Shown here: positions 61,074 to 64,000 of the stretch, piece by piece
Numbering within the stretch: position 1 is the stretch's first letter
Layout: each line of letters opens with the position of its first letter
Assembly (NCBI RefSeq): GCF_032191835.1
Contig: NC_083243.1
Location: 175,522,001-175,586,000 of the forward strand
Length of the DNA: 64,000 nucleotides
Origin: Heteronotia binoei
Lineage: Eukaryota
Direction of reading: 5' to 3'
Notes under the pieces: generated by a model
Databases searched by the model: none
Told to the model about the DNA's origin: nothing
The model's input: only the letters and a program-made list of their open reading frames with translations
Position numbers and translations under genes: made by a program

Positions 61074-62000
61074 GATAGATAGATAGATAAATTTATTGTC
61101 ATTGTTCTCAACAAAAAGAGAGCAACGAAATGAGGTGCTCTTCCACAAAACATACCAACACATCAAACACACATATTCATATTCATACCATTTAAATACA
61201 TCTAAAACCATTTAAACCATTTAAATACATCTAAAACAGATAAACATTCATAAAACCATTAAAACCATTTAAACCATTTAAATATATCTAAAACAGATAA
61301 TCCTTCATAACCCTGCATTTAGCCTAACCACAGCACTTGGATAGAAACTGTCCTTAAATCTGTTTGTCCTAGCCTTCAACACTCTATATCGTCTACCTGA
61401 CGGTAAGATCTCAAATAGCAAATGGCCCAGATGTGAAGGGTCCCTTAGGATCATTTGTATCTTCCTTTTACATCCCATATTATACAGATCCACCAATGAG
61501 GGGAGAGAACATCCACCAATCTTTTGTGCTCTTCTCGTCACTCTTTGGAGCACCCTTCTCTTTGCTTCCGTGCAGCTCCCAAACCACGTGCAGAGGCAAT
61601 AAGATAAAATGCTCTCAATGGAACTACGATAAAAGGCAACCAGCAGACTCCCTGACAGTTGTAGTGATCTTAAGAGTCTTAAGTAGTATAGTCGTTGCTG
61701 GGCCTTTTTCTCTAGAGCTAAAGTATTTGCCCCCCATGTTAGATCCTGTTTCATGGTAATTCCCAGAAACTTCCATTCTGTCACCTGTTCTACCATAACA
61801 CCATCAATAAACAACGGCTGGATGTCCTAACTATTTTTCCTGTAATCCACTATAATTTCCTTCGTCTTATTTATATTAAAAATAAGATTATTTACTTTAC
61901 ACCAAAGGGACAGCTGTTGAACTTCCCTCCTATACGCAGACTCATCTATTCCCAATAGAGTAAGGACAGTCTCCATGTGTACTTGTACACCAGCTATGGT
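61074..62000 (-). mobile_element. Rex1/Babar-type LINE 3' fragment
   Basis: KTKEIIVDYRK and FLGITM...KKAQQRLYYLRLL...FYRSSIESILSYC..W...LPSGRRYR....RTNRFKDSFYP (DUF1891-like C-terminus); tail aataaatt(tatc)n. Confidence 0.85.
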
Positions 62001-62338
62001 TGTCAGGCAGCCATCTGTTGACTGTCTCACCACTTAGGGAGGCTCATCTGACATTGACCAGATCTGGGACCTTTTCCATTGTAGCATCTGCTTTGTGGAA
62101 TGGGCTGCCTGAAGAGGTAAGGTGGGCCTCTTCCGTGGAGATCTTCAGGTACTGGAAAGCCTACTTATTTACCAGGGCTTTTGAGGGAATTTGAATGGTG
62201 GACACTTTTTAAGAGGCAAAAGAGGCAGAGATTTGAGGTTGGTTACTTTATTTGCATTATAATGTTTTAAACTGTTATTTTACGTTGCCTTGAACCATGA
62301 GGAAAGGTGGATTATAAATGTTTTAGTGAATAAATAAG
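61995..62338 (+). mobile_element. L2-type LINE 3' fragment
   Basis: FSIVASALWNGLPEEVR...KAYLFTRAF; taaataa tail. Confidence 0.75.
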
Positions 62339-63712
62339 GTAAATGTCTTTCCTGATCACAGTGCGCAAGTTCATAAGCTACAAAGGAAAAGTAACTTGAG
62401 TGGCAAGCCAACTAAGTTCTCATTTATGTACGGAGAAGGACTCAACGTTACGCTGTTTGTCTAAAATCAAAGCATTAGAAATACACACACACTCAAGAAA
62501 ATCCAATTTCTTCCCCTCTCTCCCTCCCTCCCACCTTCCCTCCTATCCTTGTCTCATGGCTCTCAAGCATCTGACGCTCATGTCCATCAGCTCTCAAACA
62601 TTTGACATTTAGTCTATGTGGCTCTTACACTATGCAAGTTTGGCTGCCCCTGCCATAGGGTTTCTGATGCAAGAGAGGCACAGAGCTGGTTTGGCACGGA
62701 GCTTCTGGCAAAACAGTTATACCCCTTTTGGCCTCCCTTTCTGTGGTTTCTCATCGCTCCCCCTCACTTTTTGCACTGATTCTGTGCCCCTTCCCCTTTC
62801 TGTTTTTGCTGATGGACTCTCAAGCTGGTCACTTGGCAAGATTTCAGCTCTTGGAACAGAAACGTAGGGAGTTTTTTTGGTGGCAGATAGGCACAGACAA
62901 GGTATAGCAATTGGAGCAGCATGGGAAGAGCAGTTCTGTGTCAGGCTGGATTAGATGGGGGTTAGCCGGTCACTTTTATAGTGCGAGGAATTCTGGAAAC
63001 GAGCATAGAATTGGTAAATATGCCATGTGGTGTCTGTTTTCTTCCCACGTTAATTCACTTTAAACACCATCTCTATGGAAATCCAACACCTTACCATCAC
63101 GTGAACTCTGGTTTACAAATATCTGGGACATTTTCATAATGGAGAAAATCACAGCACAACTTTCTTTGTTCGACATTTACCCCAAGGTCACATCTTTTGA
63201 AGAAAAATGGCTTCCGTTTCTGGAATATACTGAATCTAAAAACATTTTACCTATTAACACAACCTACCTTCAGTTTCTCTCACTACAGTTCTTTCTAACG
63301 TATGCTGTCCCTTCTTTCTCTTTGTATTTAAATATTCCCTTTTGTTTGGCTTGGGATGGAACAAGGCAGTATTCTTAGTCAAAATTCTAGCCCAATTACC
63401 AGTTAATTTATCCTTAGAAGATATTTATTTATTTATTTGTCTATAGATTGATTGATTGGTGAACTGGATGTTATCTTAAGTGCTAAATAATACGTTCTGC
63501 AATGTTATATATACCATAGTACTTTATGCATAGTAAAATTTTGTTATATATGGAATTAATCTCCTTGATACTACTTCACCCAACAAAGTTCTGTATAACT
63601 TGGAATTTCTAATAGACACATTTAAAAAAAAAAAATTAACGTTAAACACATTCTGTTGGTTTCTCCCTGCTCAAGAGGTTGGCAGAAATGCCTTCAGCCT
63701 TGTCTGTATTTA

Positions 63713-64000
63713 GAAGAAGAAGATATTGGATTTATATCCCGCCCTCCACTCCGAAGAGTCTCAGAGCAGCTCACAATCTCCTTTCCCTTCCTCCCCCACA
63801 ACAGACACCCTGTGAGGTGGGTGGGGCTGGAGAGGGCTCTCACAGCAGCTGCCCCTTTCAAGGACAGAGGCTCAGAGCGGCCTACAATCTCCTTTCCCTT
63901 CCTCCCCCACAACAGACACCCTGTGAGGTGGGTGGGGCTGGAGAGGGCTCTCACAGCAGCTGCCCTTTGAAGGACAACCTCTGCGAGAGCTATGGCTGAC
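63713..64000 (-). mobile_element. Long Squam3-like SINE with an internal 111-bp tandem duplication (runs off window)
   Basis: tcagagc...aggaca unit repeated at 63761 and 63872. Confidence 0.85.

Noticed and set aside
61000-64000. Next TTLL4 exon (DFYASVLD-like)
   Set aside because: Not found in the window; the gene presumably continues beyond 64000.
1-64000. CRISPR array or prokaryotic operon/defence system
   Set aside because: Eukaryotic intron-containing DNA; no spaced direct-repeat array seen.

Overview
Vertebrate genomic DNA. The SINE, LINE and hAT content suggests a squamate reptile, probably a gecko (inference). Three spliced protein-coding genes were rebuilt by hand with consistent exon phases. 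(1) An unnamed 7-exon gene on the minus strand (895-11736, 538 aa). It encodes a predicted secreted Cys-rich protein whose C-terminal half resembles the clan CD legumain/GPI8 (C13)/caspase-like peptidase fold, but both catalytic residues appear replaced. This is the most interesting item in the window. (2) ZFAND2B/AIRAPL (minus, 9 coding exons, 272 aa, ending in a CaaX box). (3) TTLL4 tubulin polyglutamylase (plus, 14 coding exons seen, 965 codons, continuing past the window end). ZFAND2B and TTLL4 are head-to-head across a short CpG-rich region. Introns and intergenic DNA contain many tRNA-derived SINEs, CR1/L2/Rex1/Penelope-like fragments, hAT and Harbinger-like MITEs with target-site duplications, a probable solo LTR and a probable non-autonomous L1 derivative. 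No true tRNA, rRNA or CRISPR was found. Repeat family names come from recalled consensus features and need Dfam/Repbase/SINEBase confirmation.
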